64,000 nucleotides of DNA from Candidatus Uhrbacteria bacterium CG10_big_fil_rev_8_21_14_0_10_50_16 (GCA_002774875.1 PCYM01000005.1:1979-65978), one strand, 5' to 3'; positions 19,881 through 30,269 are shown, numbered from the stretch's first letter. Translations and numbers: made by a program. Notes: generated from the letters alone by a model not told the origin.

Positions 19881-20717
19881 ATGCCAATCAAGCGATACAA
19901 CCCAACAACGCCGGGACGGCGTAAGTCAAGCGTCCAAACCTTTGACGATGTAACGGCCACAAGCCCGCTCAAGTCATTAACACGACCACGGAAGCAAAAT
20001 TCCGGACGTAGTGGTGGAAAAATCACTGTGCGTCATCGTGGAGGTGGAGCAAAACGCAAAATTCGCGTTATTGACTTCAAACGAGAGAAATTTGATATTC
20101 CAGGAACGGTTGCAACGATCGAGTACGATCCAAACCGCAATGCCCGCATCGCGCTGGTGCATTACGCAGACGGAGAAAAGCTCTATATCCTTGCCGGTCA
20201 TGGAATGCATGTAGGACAGGCGATCATTTCTTCCAAAAAGAAAGGACCCATGCAACCTGGAAACCGTTACCCATTGGAATTGATTCCTGAGGGAATGAAC
20301 GTCTACAACATCGAGTTGCAGCCAGGAAAAGGAGGACAGGTGGTGCGAGGAGCTGGAACGACTGCCATGTTTATGGGAGTCGATGGAGATAACGCACAGG
20401 TGCGTTTGCCATCTGGTGAGGTACGCCTCGTCTTGCGACGCAACATGGCCACGATTGGTCAGGTGTCCAACATCGACTATCGATTGATCCGATGGGGAAA
20501 AGCCGGACGTATGCGTCACCGAGGCTTTCGTCCAACGGTTCGTGGAAAAGCCATGAACCCAGTGGATCACCCACATGGAGGAGGAGAAGGTGCACAGGGT
20601 ATTGGTATGAAACATCCAAAAACGCCACAAGGAAAACCGGCATTGGGTGTCAAGACACGTCGCAAACAAGCTTCAGATAAGCTTATCTTGCAACGTCGTA
20701 ACTCAAAGAAACGTTAA
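19881..20717 (+). CDS. rplB: 50S ribosomal protein L2
   Basis: [12 protein letters not shown] and [14 protein letters not shown] motifs. Confidence 0.98.
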   Translation: MPIKRYNPTTPGRRKSSVQTFDDVTATSPLKSLTRPRKQNSGRSGGKITVRHRGGGAKRKIRVIDFKREKFDIPGTVATIEYDPNRNARIALVHYADGEKLYILAGHGMHVGQAIISSKKKGPMQPGNRYPLELIPEGMNVYNIELQPGKGGQVVRGAGTTAMFMGVDGDNAQVRLPSGEVRLVLRRNMATIGQVSNIDYRLIRWGKAGRMRHRGFRPTVRGKAMNPVDHPHGGGEGAQGIGMKHPKTPQGKPALGVKTRRKQASDKLILQRRNSKKR

Positions 20718-20722
20718 TTGCT

Positions 20723-20989
20723 ATGTCTCGAAGTCTGAAAAAAGGACCTGCTATCGACGAGCGCCTTCTTGCGAAGGTTGGCAAGCTTAAGGTGGGAGAC
20801 AAAACGGCGGTTAAAACCTGGTCTCGTTGGGCGGTTATAACGCCGGCGATGGTAGGATTTACGTTCGGTGTACATAACGGCAAGCAACATGTTCCTGTGT
20901 CAGTTGTTGAGAACATGGTTGGTCACCGTTTGGGTGAATTTTCGCCAACGCGAAAGTTTGTTAAGCATGCTGGTAAGTCAGCTAAATAA
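20723..20989 (+). CDS. rpsS: 30S ribosomal protein S19
   Basis: MSRSLKKGP and [11 protein letters not shown] motifs. Confidence 0.97.
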   Translation: MSRSLKKGPAIDERLLAKVGKLKVGDKTAVKTWSRWAVITPAMVGFTFGVHNGKQHVPVSVVENMVGHRLGEFSPTRKFVKHAGKSAK

Positions 20990-20994
20990 AGCGT

Positions 20995-21453
20995 ATGGAA
21001 TCAGCAAAAGCAACCCTACGTTTTCTGAAGATTGCTCCACGTAAAGTACGTCTCGTTGCCGACATGGTACGTGGTGTAAGCGTGGATACCGCGATCGGAC
21101 AGTTGACGCATAGTTCAAAGGCAGCTGCACGACCCGTTCGTAAGCTCATTGAATCTGCAGCCGCAAACGCGGTTCATAATCAGAAGCTACAGCGTGATGC
21201 GTTGATGGTACAGACAATCACGGTAGATGATGGACCAACGGCAAAGCGATCGATGCCACGTGCGCATGGACGTGCAACGGTATTGCGAAAGCGTACAAGT
21301 CACGTGAATGTGATTCTCTCTGAGAAGACTACTTCTCCGGAGGAAGAAGTCACTGTTCCTGCTGCGAAGGCCAAGACCGCAAAGGCTCCTGCAAAGGGTG
21401 CGGCGGTTGTCAAAAAAGCTCCTGCCAAGAGCACGTCAAAAAAGGAAGCCTAA
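20995..21453 (+). CDS. rplV: 50S ribosomal protein L22 with C-terminal extension
   Basis: APRKVRLVAD and PRAHGRA motifs. Confidence 0.96.
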   Translation: MESAKATLRFLKIAPRKVRLVADMVRGVSVDTAIGQLTHSSKAAARPVRKLIESAAANAVHNQKLQRDALMVQTITVDDGPTAKRSMPRAHGRATVLRKRTSHVNVILSEKTTSPEEEVTVPAAKAKTAKAPAKGAAVVKKAPAKSTSKKEA

Positions 21454-21465
21454 CGCATCGGAACT

Positions 21466-22215
21466 ATGGGACATAAAGTACATCCAAAAATTTTCCGCAT
21501 CTCGACCATCGAGTCGTGGGATTCGAAGTGGTTCTCCCCACGTAAGATGTTTCCAACCTTTTTAAAGGAAGACGTGTTTATTCGCGCCTACCTCAAAAAG
21601 AAGTTGCGTGAAGCGGCAATTCACAAGATCATCATTGATCGTTCACGCCAGACGTTTACGATCACACTTCACACAGCAAAACCAGGATTCATTATTGGTC
21701 GCGCTGGTGCGGGAGTGGAGGACCTCAAGAAGGAACTCAAGAAACGATTCTTCCGTGGAAGACGCGTAACGATCAATATCAATGTTCAAGATATTGGACA
21801 TGGTTCACTCTCGGCAGCAGTTGTTGCAGAGCAGGTCGCCATCGACATTGAACATCGTATGCCGTTCCGTCGTGTCATGAAGCAGACCGTGGATCGAGTT
21901 ATGAAGAGTGGAGCGGAAGGTGTGCGTGTGATTGTTGCGGGCCGATTAAACGGAGCAGACATTGCACGAAGTGAACGTGCGGGAGCAGGAAAAGTGCCTT
22001 TGCAGAATTTGCGAGGAAACATCCAGTATGCCAACACGCAAGCAAACACCATGTTCGGAGTGATCGGTATTAAAGTGTGGATCTATCTCGGCGAAGTCTT
22101 TGACAGTGTAGAAGAAGCGGAGAAACGTGCACGCAAGAGTGGTGATACTCGTGGTCGTGAGCGTGATCAACGCGGACCTCGTGATCGTCGACCAGCTCAT
22201 CAAACACGTCGATAG
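21466..22215 (+). CDS. rpsC: 30S ribosomal protein S3
   Basis: MGHKVHP, GRLNGADIAR and GIKVWI motifs. Confidence 0.97.
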   Translation: MGHKVHPKIFRISTIESWDSKWFSPRKMFPTFLKEDVFIRAYLKKKLREAAIHKIIIDRSRQTFTITLHTAKPGFIIGRAGAGVEDLKKELKKRFFRGRRVTININVQDIGHGSLSAAVVAEQVAIDIEHRMPFRRVMKQTVDRVMKSGAEGVRVIVAGRLNGADIARSERAGAGKVPLQNLRGNIQYANTQANTMFGVIGIKVWIYLGEVFDSVEEAEKRARKSGDTRGRERDQRGPRDRRPAHQTRR

Positions 22216-22218
22216 CCT

Positions 22219-22635
22219 ATGTTGATGCCAAAACGAATGAAGCACCGAAAGTGGCATAAGGGACGCGCATCTGGGAAGCGACTTGCAACTCAGAAGACGC
22301 GATTAGCCTTCGGTGACTATGGAATGAAAGCCCTTACGGAATCCTGGGTAACATCACGACAGATCGAGGCAGCACGTCGTGCAATGACACGCTATGTGAA
22401 CCGTAAAGGACAAACGTGGATCCGCATTTTCCCAGATCACCCAATCACGTTCCATGGAAATGAGAACACGATGGGAAGTGGAAAGGGAGCGGTGGATCAC
22501 TACGTGGCTGTGGTTCGAGCGGGTACGATCATGTTCGAGATCGGCGGCGTTTCAGAAGAGGAAGCACGTGAGGCGTTTCGTCTCGCGGCGCACAAGATGC
22601 CGATGAAGGTTAAGTTCATCAGTAATGCACGGTAG
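22219..22635 (+). CDS. rplP: 50S ribosomal protein L16
   Basis: RQIEAARRA and MGSGKG motifs. Confidence 0.97.
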   Translation: MLMPKRMKHRKWHKGRASGKRLATQKTRLAFGDYGMKALTESWVTSRQIEAARRAMTRYVNRKGQTWIRIFPDHPITFHGNENTMGSGKGAVDHYVAVVRAGTIMFEIGGVSEEEAREAFRLAAHKMPMKVKFISNAR

Positions 22636-22638
22636 GAT

Positions 22639-22836
22639 ATGGAATACAAAGACCTAGCCAAAAAATCCGTGACAGATTTGCAGACACTCCTTGCGGAGAA
22701 GCGTGAATCCCTTCGGGAATTACGATTCCGTGTGGCAGCAAACCAGTTGAAACAGGTTCATTTGATCCGCGCCGTTCGTACAGAGATCGCGCAGATTATG
22801 ACCCGTGTGCGAGAGATCAAGAATAAGGAGGTTTAA
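22639..22836 (+). CDS. rpmC: 50S ribosomal protein L29
   Basis: LRF...IRAVRTEIAQIMT; synteny. Confidence 0.93.
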   Translation: MEYKDLAKKSVTDLQTLLAEKRESLRELRFRVAANQLKQVHLIRAVRTEIAQIMTRVREIKNKEV

Positions 22837-22845
22837 GACACGTGT

Positions 22846-23124
22846 ATGACGAATAAAACAACCAATCGAATCATCCGTCGCCGTTTTACCGGTACGGTCG
22901 TATCAGATCGTATGGACAAGACGGTTGTGGTTCGTGTTGACTCGCCAAAAATGCACCCAAAGTACAAAAAGCGTTATACAACGTCCAAGAAGTACAAGGT
23001 GCACGATGAGGAGAATCAATGTGCTGTTGGTGATACGGTGTCGTTTGTTGAGTGTCGACCGCTTTCAAAGGATAAGCGTTGGCGCATTGTGCGATCGGCT
23101 GATTCTGCAGCTGTAACCGAATAG
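22846..23124 (+). CDS. rpsQ: 30S ribosomal protein S17
   Basis: [11 protein letters not shown] and [11 protein letters not shown] motifs. Confidence 0.97.
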   Translation: MTNKTTNRIIRRRFTGTVVSDRMDKTVVVRVDSPKMHPKYKKRYTTSKKYKVHDEENQCAVGDTVSFVECRPLSKDKRWRIVRSADSAAVTE

Positions 23125-23128
23125 TCGT

Positions 23129-23500
23129 ATGGTTCAGCATCGATCCATGATCAAAGTGGCAGACAATAGCGGGGCAAAGAAGCTTCAGGTGATCCGCGTT
23201 CTTGGAGGATATAAAAAGCGTTACAGCTTCATTGGAGACGTGATGACCTGTGTGGTAAAGGAGGCAGCTCCTCATGCCGCTGTTAAAAAGTCTGACATTG
23301 TTCACGCGGTACTTGTACGGTCTCGTAAGGAAACACGTCGTTCCAATGGAACGTACATCCGTTTCGACGAGAATGCCGCCGTGATCATTAATAAAGAAAA
23401 CGGAGAGCCAAAAGGAACGCGTATCTTTGGACCTGTTGCTCGCGAATTGCGATCAGCCGGATTCACTAAGATCATTTCCTTGGCCCCCGAAGTCCTCTAG
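23129..23500 (+). CDS. rplN: 50S ribosomal protein L14
   Basis: VADNSGAK and [12 protein letters not shown] motifs. Confidence 0.97.
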   Translation: MVQHRSMIKVADNSGAKKLQVIRVLGGYKKRYSFIGDVMTCVVKEAAPHAAVKKSDIVHAVLVRSRKETRRSNGTYIRFDENAAVIINKENGEPKGTRIFGPVARELRSAGFTKIISLAPEVL

Positions 23501-23504
23501 GCCT

Positions 23505-23822
23505 ATGAAGATCAAGACAGGTGATACCGTCCAGATCCTTGCTGGAAAGGACAAGGGGAAGACGGGTAAAGTGATGCAGGTATTTCCTCCGATCAAGAAG
23601 GTTGTTATCGAGGGATTGAATCTTGCAACAAAGCATTTAAAAGGAAACGGACAACAACCGGGTAAAAAGATCCAGTTTCCTGCACCGATGAACATCTCAA
23701 ATGTCGCCCTTGTGGGGAAGGATGGGAAGTCTGGACGTGTAGGATACGAAATCGCAGAACAGGATGGAAAAAAGACCCGTGTACGAATCCTTCGTAAAGC
23801 AGGTAAGCAGCAAAGCGTCTAG
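23505..23822 (+). CDS. rplX: 50S ribosomal protein L24
   Basis: GDTVQILAGKDKGKTG KOW motif; ATG at 23505. Confidence 0.96.
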   Translation: MKIKTGDTVQILAGKDKGKTGKVMQVFPPIKKVVIEGLNLATKHLKGNGQQPGKKIQFPAPMNISNVALVGKDGKSGRVGYEIAEQDGKKTRVRILRKAGKQQSV

Positions 23823-23825
23823 TGT

Positions 23826-24365
23826 ATGGCACAACTCAAAGAATACTATAAAAAAGAGATTGTGCCCGCTCTTCAAAAGGAACTTGGTATCATGAATGTG
23901 AACGCGCTTCCCAAGATTGAGAAGGTAACACTCAACGTCGGACTGGGACGTGGTTTAAAAGATAAAGCGTACATGGATACGGTGACCTCAACACTCACAC
24001 GTATTACAGGTCAAAAGCCTGTGTTTACCAAGGCACGCAAATCAATTGCAACGTTCAAAATCCGTGAAGGAATGAATATCGGTATGAAGGTGACCCTTCG
24101 GGGACCACGCATGTACGATTTCATCGAAAAACTTGTAGCAGTGACGTTTCCTCGTGTGCGAGACTTCCGTGGTATCGAATTAACGGCGGTGGATCAGGCA
24201 GGAAACTTCAACTATGGCTTCCGAGAGCACGTTGCGTTCCCAGAAGTTCCATCAGACGAAGTCGATCGTTTGCATGGTCTACAGGTCACGATCACGACAT
24301 CCTCCAAGACACGAGAGAACGGGCTTGCCCTTTTCCGTGCGCTCGGGTTCCCCTTTAAGAAGTAA
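23826..24365 (+). CDS. rplE: 50S ribosomal protein L5
   Basis: ITGQKP, FKIREG and PRVRDFRG motifs. Confidence 0.97.
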   Translation: MAQLKEYYKKEIVPALQKELGIMNVNALPKIEKVTLNVGLGRGLKDKAYMDTVTSTLTRITGQKPVFTKARKSIATFKIREGMNIGMKVTLRGPRMYDFIEKLVAVTFPRVRDFRGIELTAVDQAGNFNYGFREHVAFPEVPSDEVDRLHGLQVTITTSSKTRENGLALFRALGFPFKK

Positions 24366-24374
24366 CATGACGTT

Positions 24375-24560
24375 ATGGCGAAAAAATCAATGATTGCCAG
24401 GGCGAATCGCAAACCTCGGTTTGCTTCGCGCGTCATTCGACGTTGCTGGAAGTGTGGACGATTGCGAGGATATATGCGTGACTTCGGCACATGCCGAATC
24501 TGTTTCCGTGAGTTAGCAAACCGCGGAGAAATTCCAGGAATCATGAAATCGAGTTGGTAG
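24375..24560 (+). CDS. rpsN: 30S ribosomal protein S14, short zinc-binding type
   Basis: CWKCG...CRICFRELA; 61 aa. Confidence 0.96.
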   Translation: MAKKSMIARANRKPRFASRVIRRCWKCGRLRGYMRDFGTCRICFRELANRGEIPGIMKSSW

Positions 24561-24563
24561 ACT

Positions 24564-24965
24564 ATGCCAATGACAGACCCAATCTCAGACATGTTGACCC
24601 GTGTCCGTAACGGACAGATGGCTCGACACAAACAGGTACGTGCTCCGTACTCTCAGTTGAAATTTGCGATTGCAAAAATCATGGAGAAAGAAGGATACGT
24701 ACAAAAGGTCGAAGTGGTAGAGGCGATAAACCCACTCTTTCAGGACCTGATGCTGACACTCAAATACAATGAGAATCAGCCACAAATTCGTGAGATGAAA
24801 CGTATCTCAAAACCAGGACGCCGTGTGTATGCAAAGGCAACGGAGCTTCCACGCGTGTTCTCTGATATCGGTATTGCCATCATTTCTACACCAAACGGTG
24901 TGATGACAAACAAGGACGCACGGAAGCGACGGTTGGGCGGAGAAGTCTTATGCGAAATCTTCTAA
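24564..24965 (+). CDS. rpsH: 30S ribosomal protein S8
   Basis: DPISDMLTRVRN and SKPGRRVY motifs. Confidence 0.97.
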   Translation: MPMTDPISDMLTRVRNGQMARHKQVRAPYSQLKFAIAKIMEKEGYVQKVEVVEAINPLFQDLMLTLKYNENQPQIREMKRISKPGRRVYAKATELPRVFSDIGIAIISTPNGVMTNKDARKRRLGGEVLCEIF

Positions 24966-24969
24966 GCCT

Positions 24970-25521
24970 ATGTCACGTATCGGAAAACAACCCATTCTCT
25001 TACCATCGGGCGTTGAGGCAACGGTAAACGGAATGAATGTCACAATTAAAGGAGGCAAAGGACAGTTACAAACATCCGTACACGCAAATGCGACAGTAGA
25101 ATTGCGAAGCGGCGAGGAAGGAAACGAACTCGTTGTGACCATGGCGGATTTGGACAGTAAATTGAATCGTTCTTTGTGGGGAACAACTCGTAGCAACCTA
25201 CAGAATATGGTAACCGGTGTGCAGACACCTTACCAAAAGAAATTAGAGGTGAACGGTGTTGGTTACAAGGTTGCTGTGAATGGTCAGACTATTCGCCTCG
25301 ACGTCGGATTCTCTCACCCCGTTGAATACAAGTTGCCGGAAGGTATCTCCGCAGAAGTGGAAAAGAACCTCATTACATTGACCGGAATCGATAAGCAGAT
25401 TGTTGGTCAGGTAGCGGCAGAGATTCGGAAAGTGCGAAAGCCAGAACCATATAAAGGTAAAGGCATTAAGTATCTAGACGAAATTGTTCGTCGTAAGGCT
25501 GGAAAGGCCGCGAAAGCCTAG
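24970..25521 (+). CDS. rplF: 50S ribosomal protein L6
   Basis: MSRIGKQPI and PEPYKGKGIKY motifs. Confidence 0.97.
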   Translation: MSRIGKQPILLPSGVEATVNGMNVTIKGGKGQLQTSVHANATVELRSGEEGNELVVTMADLDSKLNRSLWGTTRSNLQNMVTGVQTPYQKKLEVNGVGYKVAVNGQTIRLDVGFSHPVEYKLPEGISAEVEKNLITLTGIDKQIVGQVAAEIRKVRKPEPYKGKGIKYLDEIVRRKAGKAAKA

Positions 25522-25524
25522 CGT

Positions 25525-25875
25525 ATGTTGAAAAAGCATGCACAAAAATTACGACGCGCGTATCGAACACGAGCGCGTATGCACGGAACGGAGGCTCGAC
25601 CACGATTATCTGTATTTCGTTCAGCAAAGCACTTTGGTGCACAGTTGATCAACGATGATCTTGGAAAGACAATCGTTTCTGTGAACGATCAACAGTTTAA
25701 AGAAGCTGCAGGTAAGAATCCAACGGAACTTGCTGCGCACCTGGGAACCGCTCTCGCAGAAAAAGCGAAGGCAGCAGGTGTGGATACGATCGTATTTGAC
25801 CGAGGGGCATTTGCCTATCATGGTCGCGTTAAAGCGTTTGCGGAAGCCGCACGCGTAGCAGGACTAACCTTCTAG
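25525..25875 (+). CDS. rplR: 50S ribosomal protein L18
   Basis: RPRLSVFRS and FDRG..YHGRV motifs. Confidence 0.97.
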   Translation: MLKKHAQKLRRAYRTRARMHGTEARPRLSVFRSAKHFGAQLINDDLGKTIVSVNDQQFKEAAGKNPTELAAHLGTALAEKAKAAGVDTIVFDRGAFAYHGRVKAFAEAARVAGLTF

Positions 25876-25876
25876 T

Positions 25877-26608
25877 ATGGCCGAAGAGAAAAAGACAACT
25901 CAACCAGAAGTAGCAGCAGAGCCTGTTGTTGCTCCTGTGGCCGCTGTAGAAAAAACGCCTGTAAAGACGGATGCTTCGGCTCGTCGTCGTCCGCCGCAAG
26001 GTGGTCGAGGAGCCGGAGGAGATCGTCGTCCTCGTCGTCAGCAAGAACGCGAACCACGTGAGTGGGAACAGCGTATTTTGGATCTTGCACGTGTGACGCG
26101 TGTAACAAAAGGTGGAAAACGAATGCGTTTTCGTGCCGCTCTTGTGATTGGTGATAAAAAAGGACGCGTTGGGTTTGGTGTCGCAAAGGGACCAGATGTG
26201 CAGGTTGCGATTCAGAAAGCGTTTCACCAAGCAAAACGTAATGTGATTACCCTTCCATTAGTTCATGGAAGCTTTCCACATCGCGTTGAAGGAAAATTTG
26301 CCGCTGCAGAAATTATCTTGGCACCTGCTCCAAAGGGAACGGGACTCAAGTCCGGAGGTGCCCCACGTCTTATCATGGAGTTGGGCGGTGTGTCTGACTG
26401 CGTGACAAAGATTTTGCGTGGAAGCAACCCAGCAAACCTTGCCAAGGCAACGTTTGATGCGATTCAACACATGATTATCCCAGAAGGCGTCAAAACGGAT
26501 ACGGATCAAGCAGCCGCAGAACGGAAGGCAAAGCGTGAGGATTCTGCAAAGAAGGTTGTGAAAGTTGAAAAGAAAGCTCCAAGAAAAGTTGCTCCAAAGG
26601 CAGCATAA
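25877..26608 (+). CDS. rpsE: 30S ribosomal protein S5 with long N- and C-terminal extensions
   Basis: RVTRVTKGGK and PAPKGTG motifs. Confidence 0.96.
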   Translation: MAEEKKTTQPEVAAEPVVAPVAAVEKTPVKTDASARRRPPQGGRGAGGDRRPRRQQEREPREWEQRILDLARVTRVTKGGKRMRFRAALVIGDKKGRVGFGVAKGPDVQVAIQKAFHQAKRNVITLPLVHGSFPHRVEGKFAAAEIILAPAPKGTGLKSGGAPRLIMELGGVSDCVTKILRGSNPANLAKATFDAIQHMIIPEGVKTDTDQAAAERKAKREDSAKKVVKVEKKAPRKVAPKAA

Positions 26609-26617
26609 CGCGAGTAT

Positions 26618-27049
26618 ATGGCATTGACACTTCACACAATTAAACCCTCAAAAGGGTCTCAAACAACCACAAAGCGTCTCGGACGTGGTATTGGATCTGC
26701 ACGAGGTAAGACATCCGGTCGTGGAATGAAAGGACAGGGTTCACGTTCTGGAAATAGCGGATCTTCTATCAATGGGCTTCGTCAGATGTTGCTCCGTGTT
26801 CCAAAAACACGTGGATTTAAGAGTCACAAGATTCAACCAGCCGCTCTTAACCTCAGTGCTCTTTCCAAGATGACGGAGACACTCATTACACCTAAGACAT
26901 TGAAAAATGCCGGATTGATCACAGACGTAAAAGTCGGTGTAAAATTAATGGGTGATGGGGAGGCAAAACCTTCCATGCTCGTACGCGGATGTTTGGTCAC
27001 GAAGGGAGCGCGAACGAAGATTGAGGCGGCAGGCGGAAAGATCGAATAA
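26618..27049 (+). CDS. rplO: 50S ribosomal protein L15
   Basis: RLGRGIGS.RGKTSGRG motif. Confidence 0.96.
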   Translation: MALTLHTIKPSKGSQTTTKRLGRGIGSARGKTSGRGMKGQGSRSGNSGSSINGLRQMLLRVPKTRGFKSHKIQPAALNLSALSKMTETLITPKTLKNAGLITDVKVGVKLMGDGEAKPSMLVRGCLVTKGARTKIEAAGGKIE

Positions 27050-27064
27050 CCCTGTATTGCTTGT

Positions 27065-28354
27065 ATGTTTGAGAAACTCAAAAAAATCTGGGCATTAAAA
27101 CCACTTCGTAACAGTATTGGGTATGTAGTACTCATGCTTACACTGTTTCGATTGCTCGCCCATGTACCAGTTCCGGGAATTGATGCAGCAGCTCTACAGA
27201 GTTTGTTGTCTGGCAGCCAATTTCTTGGTCTGTTGAATATCTTTTCTGGTGGTACGTTGGAAAGTTTCTCTGTTGTGGCGTTGGGTGTTGCACCATTTAT
27301 TACGAGCTCGATTATCTTTCAGCTTCTCGTGATGGTGATTCCGGCATTGCAGCGATGGCAGAAAGACGGCGGAGAGGCGGGGCGACAAAAGTTGAATCAG
27401 ATCACCCGTTGGGTCTCTGTTCCACTTGCGGCGCTCCAAGCGTATGGTTTTATCGCGTTGATCTCACAGGGTGGAGGCCAAGCAGGAACATCTTTTGCAT
27501 TGATTCTTACAGGATTTAGCTTGTTTATGGCCATTTTGGTCATGACGGCGGGTTCTGTCTTCTTGATGTGGATTGGAGAATTGATGACAGAACGTGGAAT
27601 TGGTAACGGACTTTCTATCTTGATTCTCTCTGGAATTGTTGCGGGATTTCCACGATTTATCCAACAATCGATTGCGACGTTTGATCAAAGTCGTATTGTG
27701 AGTTTGGTCGTGTTTTTAGTGATGGCAATTGCAACCGTTGTTGTTGTGACCATTATTAATGAAGCCGTGCGCAATATTCCAGTGAACTATGCACGTCATC
27801 ATGAGGCGGGACGTTTGTCTCGCGGTGTTGCAACGCAATTGCCGCTACGCGTGTCGATGGCGGGTGTGATTCCAATTATCTTCGCAATTTCTGTCGTTTT
27901 GTTCCCAACGATGATTGCGCAGTTCTTTGTGGGCGCACGGTCGGTCTTTTTGGCAGATGCTGCACGGTGGGTGATTGAAACACTTGCCAACCAGTGGATC
28001 TACGGAATTCTCTATTTTGTGTTGGTCTTTGCGTTTACGTATTTCTATACGGGCGTTATTTTCCGACCTAACGAAATGGCAGAGAATCTCCAAAAACAGG
28101 GAGCGTTTATTCCCGGTGTACGACCAGGTGAGCCAACGGAGCGTTATCTTGCGCAGACCATGAATAAGATCCTGTTGCTCGGCGCAACGTTTCTTGCAGG
28201 TATTGCGGTATTGCCAGTGGCGATGCAACCTCTTACGGGCTCTCAGAGCCTCGTGGTGGGTGGTACGTCCTTGTTGATCATTGTTGCCGTAATCATCGAC
28301 GTGATTAAGCAAACAGAGGCACAGATCGTGAGTTACGAGTACGAACAGTTGTAG
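27065..28354 (+). CDS. secY: Preprotein translocase SecY
   Basis: Multi-TM protein; GIGNGLS, AGVIPIIFA, IPGVRPG and GGTSLLI motifs. Confidence 0.97.
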   Translation: MFEKLKKIWALKPLRNSIGYVVLMLTLFRLLAHVPVPGIDAAALQSLLSGSQFLGLLNIFSGGTLESFSVVALGVAPFITSSIIFQLLVMVIPALQRWQKDGGEAGRQKLNQITRWVSVPLAALQAYGFIALISQGGGQAGTSFALILTGFSLFMAILVMTAGSVFLMWIGELMTERGIGNGLSILILSGIVAGFPRFIQQSIATFDQSRIVSLVVFLVMAIATVVVVTIINEAVRNIPVNYARHHEAGRLSRGVATQLPLRVSMAGVIPIIFAISVVLFPTMIAQFFVGARSVFLADAARWVIETLANQWIYGILYFVLVFAFTYFYTGVIFRPNEMAENLQKQGAFIPGVRPGEPTERYLAQTMNKILLLGATFLAGIAVLPVAMQPLTGSQSLVVGGTSLLIIVAVIIDVIKQTEAQIVSYEYEQL

Positions 28355-28361
28355 AAAGAAT

Positions 28362-28391
28362 AAGAGCCCCGAAAGGGGTTCTTTTGTTTTT
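28362..28391 (+). terminator. Intrinsic terminator after secY
   Basis: AAGAGCCCC-GAAA-GGGGTTCTT followed by TTGTTTTT. Confidence 0.8.
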
Positions 28392-28597
28392 ACTGGGTTC
28401 ATTATGCTCTGGTTGTTGTCATCGCTAATTATAAGTTAGTAACAGATTTGTCGTAGGTACGACAAAAGTGATACTCGGGAAGCGTGCAAACGCACGGAAG
28501 AATCGGCCTATTAGTAAATGAAATTAGACGAACATTGGCCAAGATGTGTTTTTGAAGCTGCAGGGAGGTACGACAGATATGTTATGATTGCTCAACT

Positions 28598-29749
28598 ATG
28601 ACCTTTGCAGCCTTTCTTCGATCGTTACGCAATAGTCGTTCAATACGTGATGCGCATCTCTTGCGAGTGGAAGTGTCTCGTTTGGCATTAGCTCACAATG
28701 CTCGAACGCTTAAGCAATTGATTGGCGGTCGATCATTGGCAGTTGTCCTTAAGTCAAATGCTTATGGACACGGCTTGCGTGAGGTGGGGAAAATCGCAGA
28801 TGAACTCGATTCAATCGACTGTCTTGTAGTCGACTCAATTGTAGAGGCACGGATGTTGCGAGGAATTGGTGTGCGTAAGCCAATACTTATTATTGGGTAT
28901 GTTCCAAAGTCGCGTTTGCAAGAGTTAACACGGTTGCGATCTGTGACGCTTGTGGTGACATCGCTGGATCAGGTACGCGATGTTGTGCGTCTTGTACATC
29001 GACCATTGTCGGTTCATATTAAAGTCGACACAGGAATGCATCGGCAGGGGATTGCTCCCGATCAGCTCCTGGAAACCATCGCGGTTCTCCGTACAAACAA
29101 GTCTCTCCATCTTACGGGGCTTGCAACACATTTTGCAGATGCAGATGGAGCGGATGAGACCATGACAATGGATCAAATTCGTGTGTGGAATGGGGTCGTT
29201 GAGATATATCGCAAACATGTTGGCGAGGGAGAGTTTCATGTTTCTGCAACAGCTGGAACGCAGTTCGTGGAGGAGACAACAGCGAGTCTTGTTCGATTAG
29301 GGATTGGATTTTATGGCTTGGATTCGGTGCGGGATCGATCACTTGATCTGAAACCGGCACTTTCTGTTTGGGCAAAGATTACGAGTGTAAAACATGTATA
29401 TGTGGGTGATTCGGTTGGATATAATGCCACCTACACAGCAACGTCTGAGAGAACGATTGCATTGATTCCGTGTGGATACAACGAAGGTGTGGATCGTGCG
29501 TTGTCCAATAGGGGAACGGTGTTTTTTGGCTCAGCCGCTTGTCCGATTGTGGGTCGGGTGAGTATGAATATGACATCCATTGATGTGACAGATGTTTCGG
29601 GTGGTGTGCAATTAGAGGATGAGGTGGAGGTAATATCGGAAGATCGCGGAAAGGCGAATTCAGTGGAAGCGATCGCTGCCCTTTGTGATACGATTCCCTA
29701 TGAGGTTCTTGTTCGTATTTCCCCAAGTCTTAAACGTTGGATTGTATGA
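28598..29749 (+). CDS. alr: Alanine racemase
   Basis: VLKSNAYGHG PLP lysine, HIKVDTGMHR, GRVSMN and TIPYE motifs. Confidence 0.94.
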   Translation: MTFAAFLRSLRNSRSIRDAHLLRVEVSRLALAHNARTLKQLIGGRSLAVVLKSNAYGHGLREVGKIADELDSIDCLVVDSIVEARMLRGIGVRKPILIIGYVPKSRLQELTRLRSVTLVVTSLDQVRDVVRLVHRPLSVHIKVDTGMHRQGIAPDQLLETIAVLRTNKSLHLTGLATHFADADGADETMTMDQIRVWNGVVEIYRKHVGEGEFHVSATAGTQFVEETTASLVRLGIGFYGLDSVRDRSLDLKPALSVWAKITSVKHVYVGDSVGYNATYTATSERTIALIPCGYNEGVDRALSNRGTVFFGSAACPIVGRVSMNMTSIDVTDVSGGVQLEDEVEVISEDRGKANSVEAIAALCDTIPYEVLVRISPSLKRWIV

Positions 29750-30225
29750 AGGTAAATTTCGGTGGACGGCGTACCAAACATACGTTGTCGTTATTACAAT
29801 CGGCAATCGTTGTGCCGTTGATCGGTTTGGTGGTCACGATCTCAATGGGATTGTTGTTGTATCGTGATGTTTCCGTGATGCAAGATTATGTTACGGTTCG
29901 AGCCGAAGTCGTGTCTGTGACAAGGAAGCATTCTTACAGATCACGCACAAAAGACTGGGTGGATCTAAGCTATACGGTCGACGCAATGGCGTATCACACG
30001 CATTATTATCGTCCACTACATGCAAAACCACCAATTGAGAAAGGAGAATATGTTCAGGTCGCCGTGAATCAACAATGGCCGGATTATGCCATTGAGATGC
30101 GAGATGATTGGGAGATGCGATTGTGGACGGGTTGGCTTGTCGGTCTACTGGTCATTGGAGGAATTGACGTTATTGCCGTTCTGGCCGTTGTTAAATACCT
30201 TAAAAGCAAGCGAACGGTCCTCTGA
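29746..30225 (+). CDS. Two-TM membrane protein, DUF3592-like architecture
   Basis: TM, beta-rich soluble domain, TM; ATGA overlap with alr. Confidence 0.55.
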   Translation: MKVNFGGRRTKHTLSLLQSAIVVPLIGLVVTISMGLLLYRDVSVMQDYVTVRAEVVSVTRKHSYRSRTKDWVDLSYTVDAMAYHTHYYRPLHAKPPIEKGEYVQVAVNQQWPDYAIEMRDDWEMRLWTGWLVGLLVIGGIDVIAVLAVVKYLKSKRTVL

Positions 30226-30269
30226 TTGGATCTTTAACGAGAGTTTGCTACACTCGCATCAAATTACCT

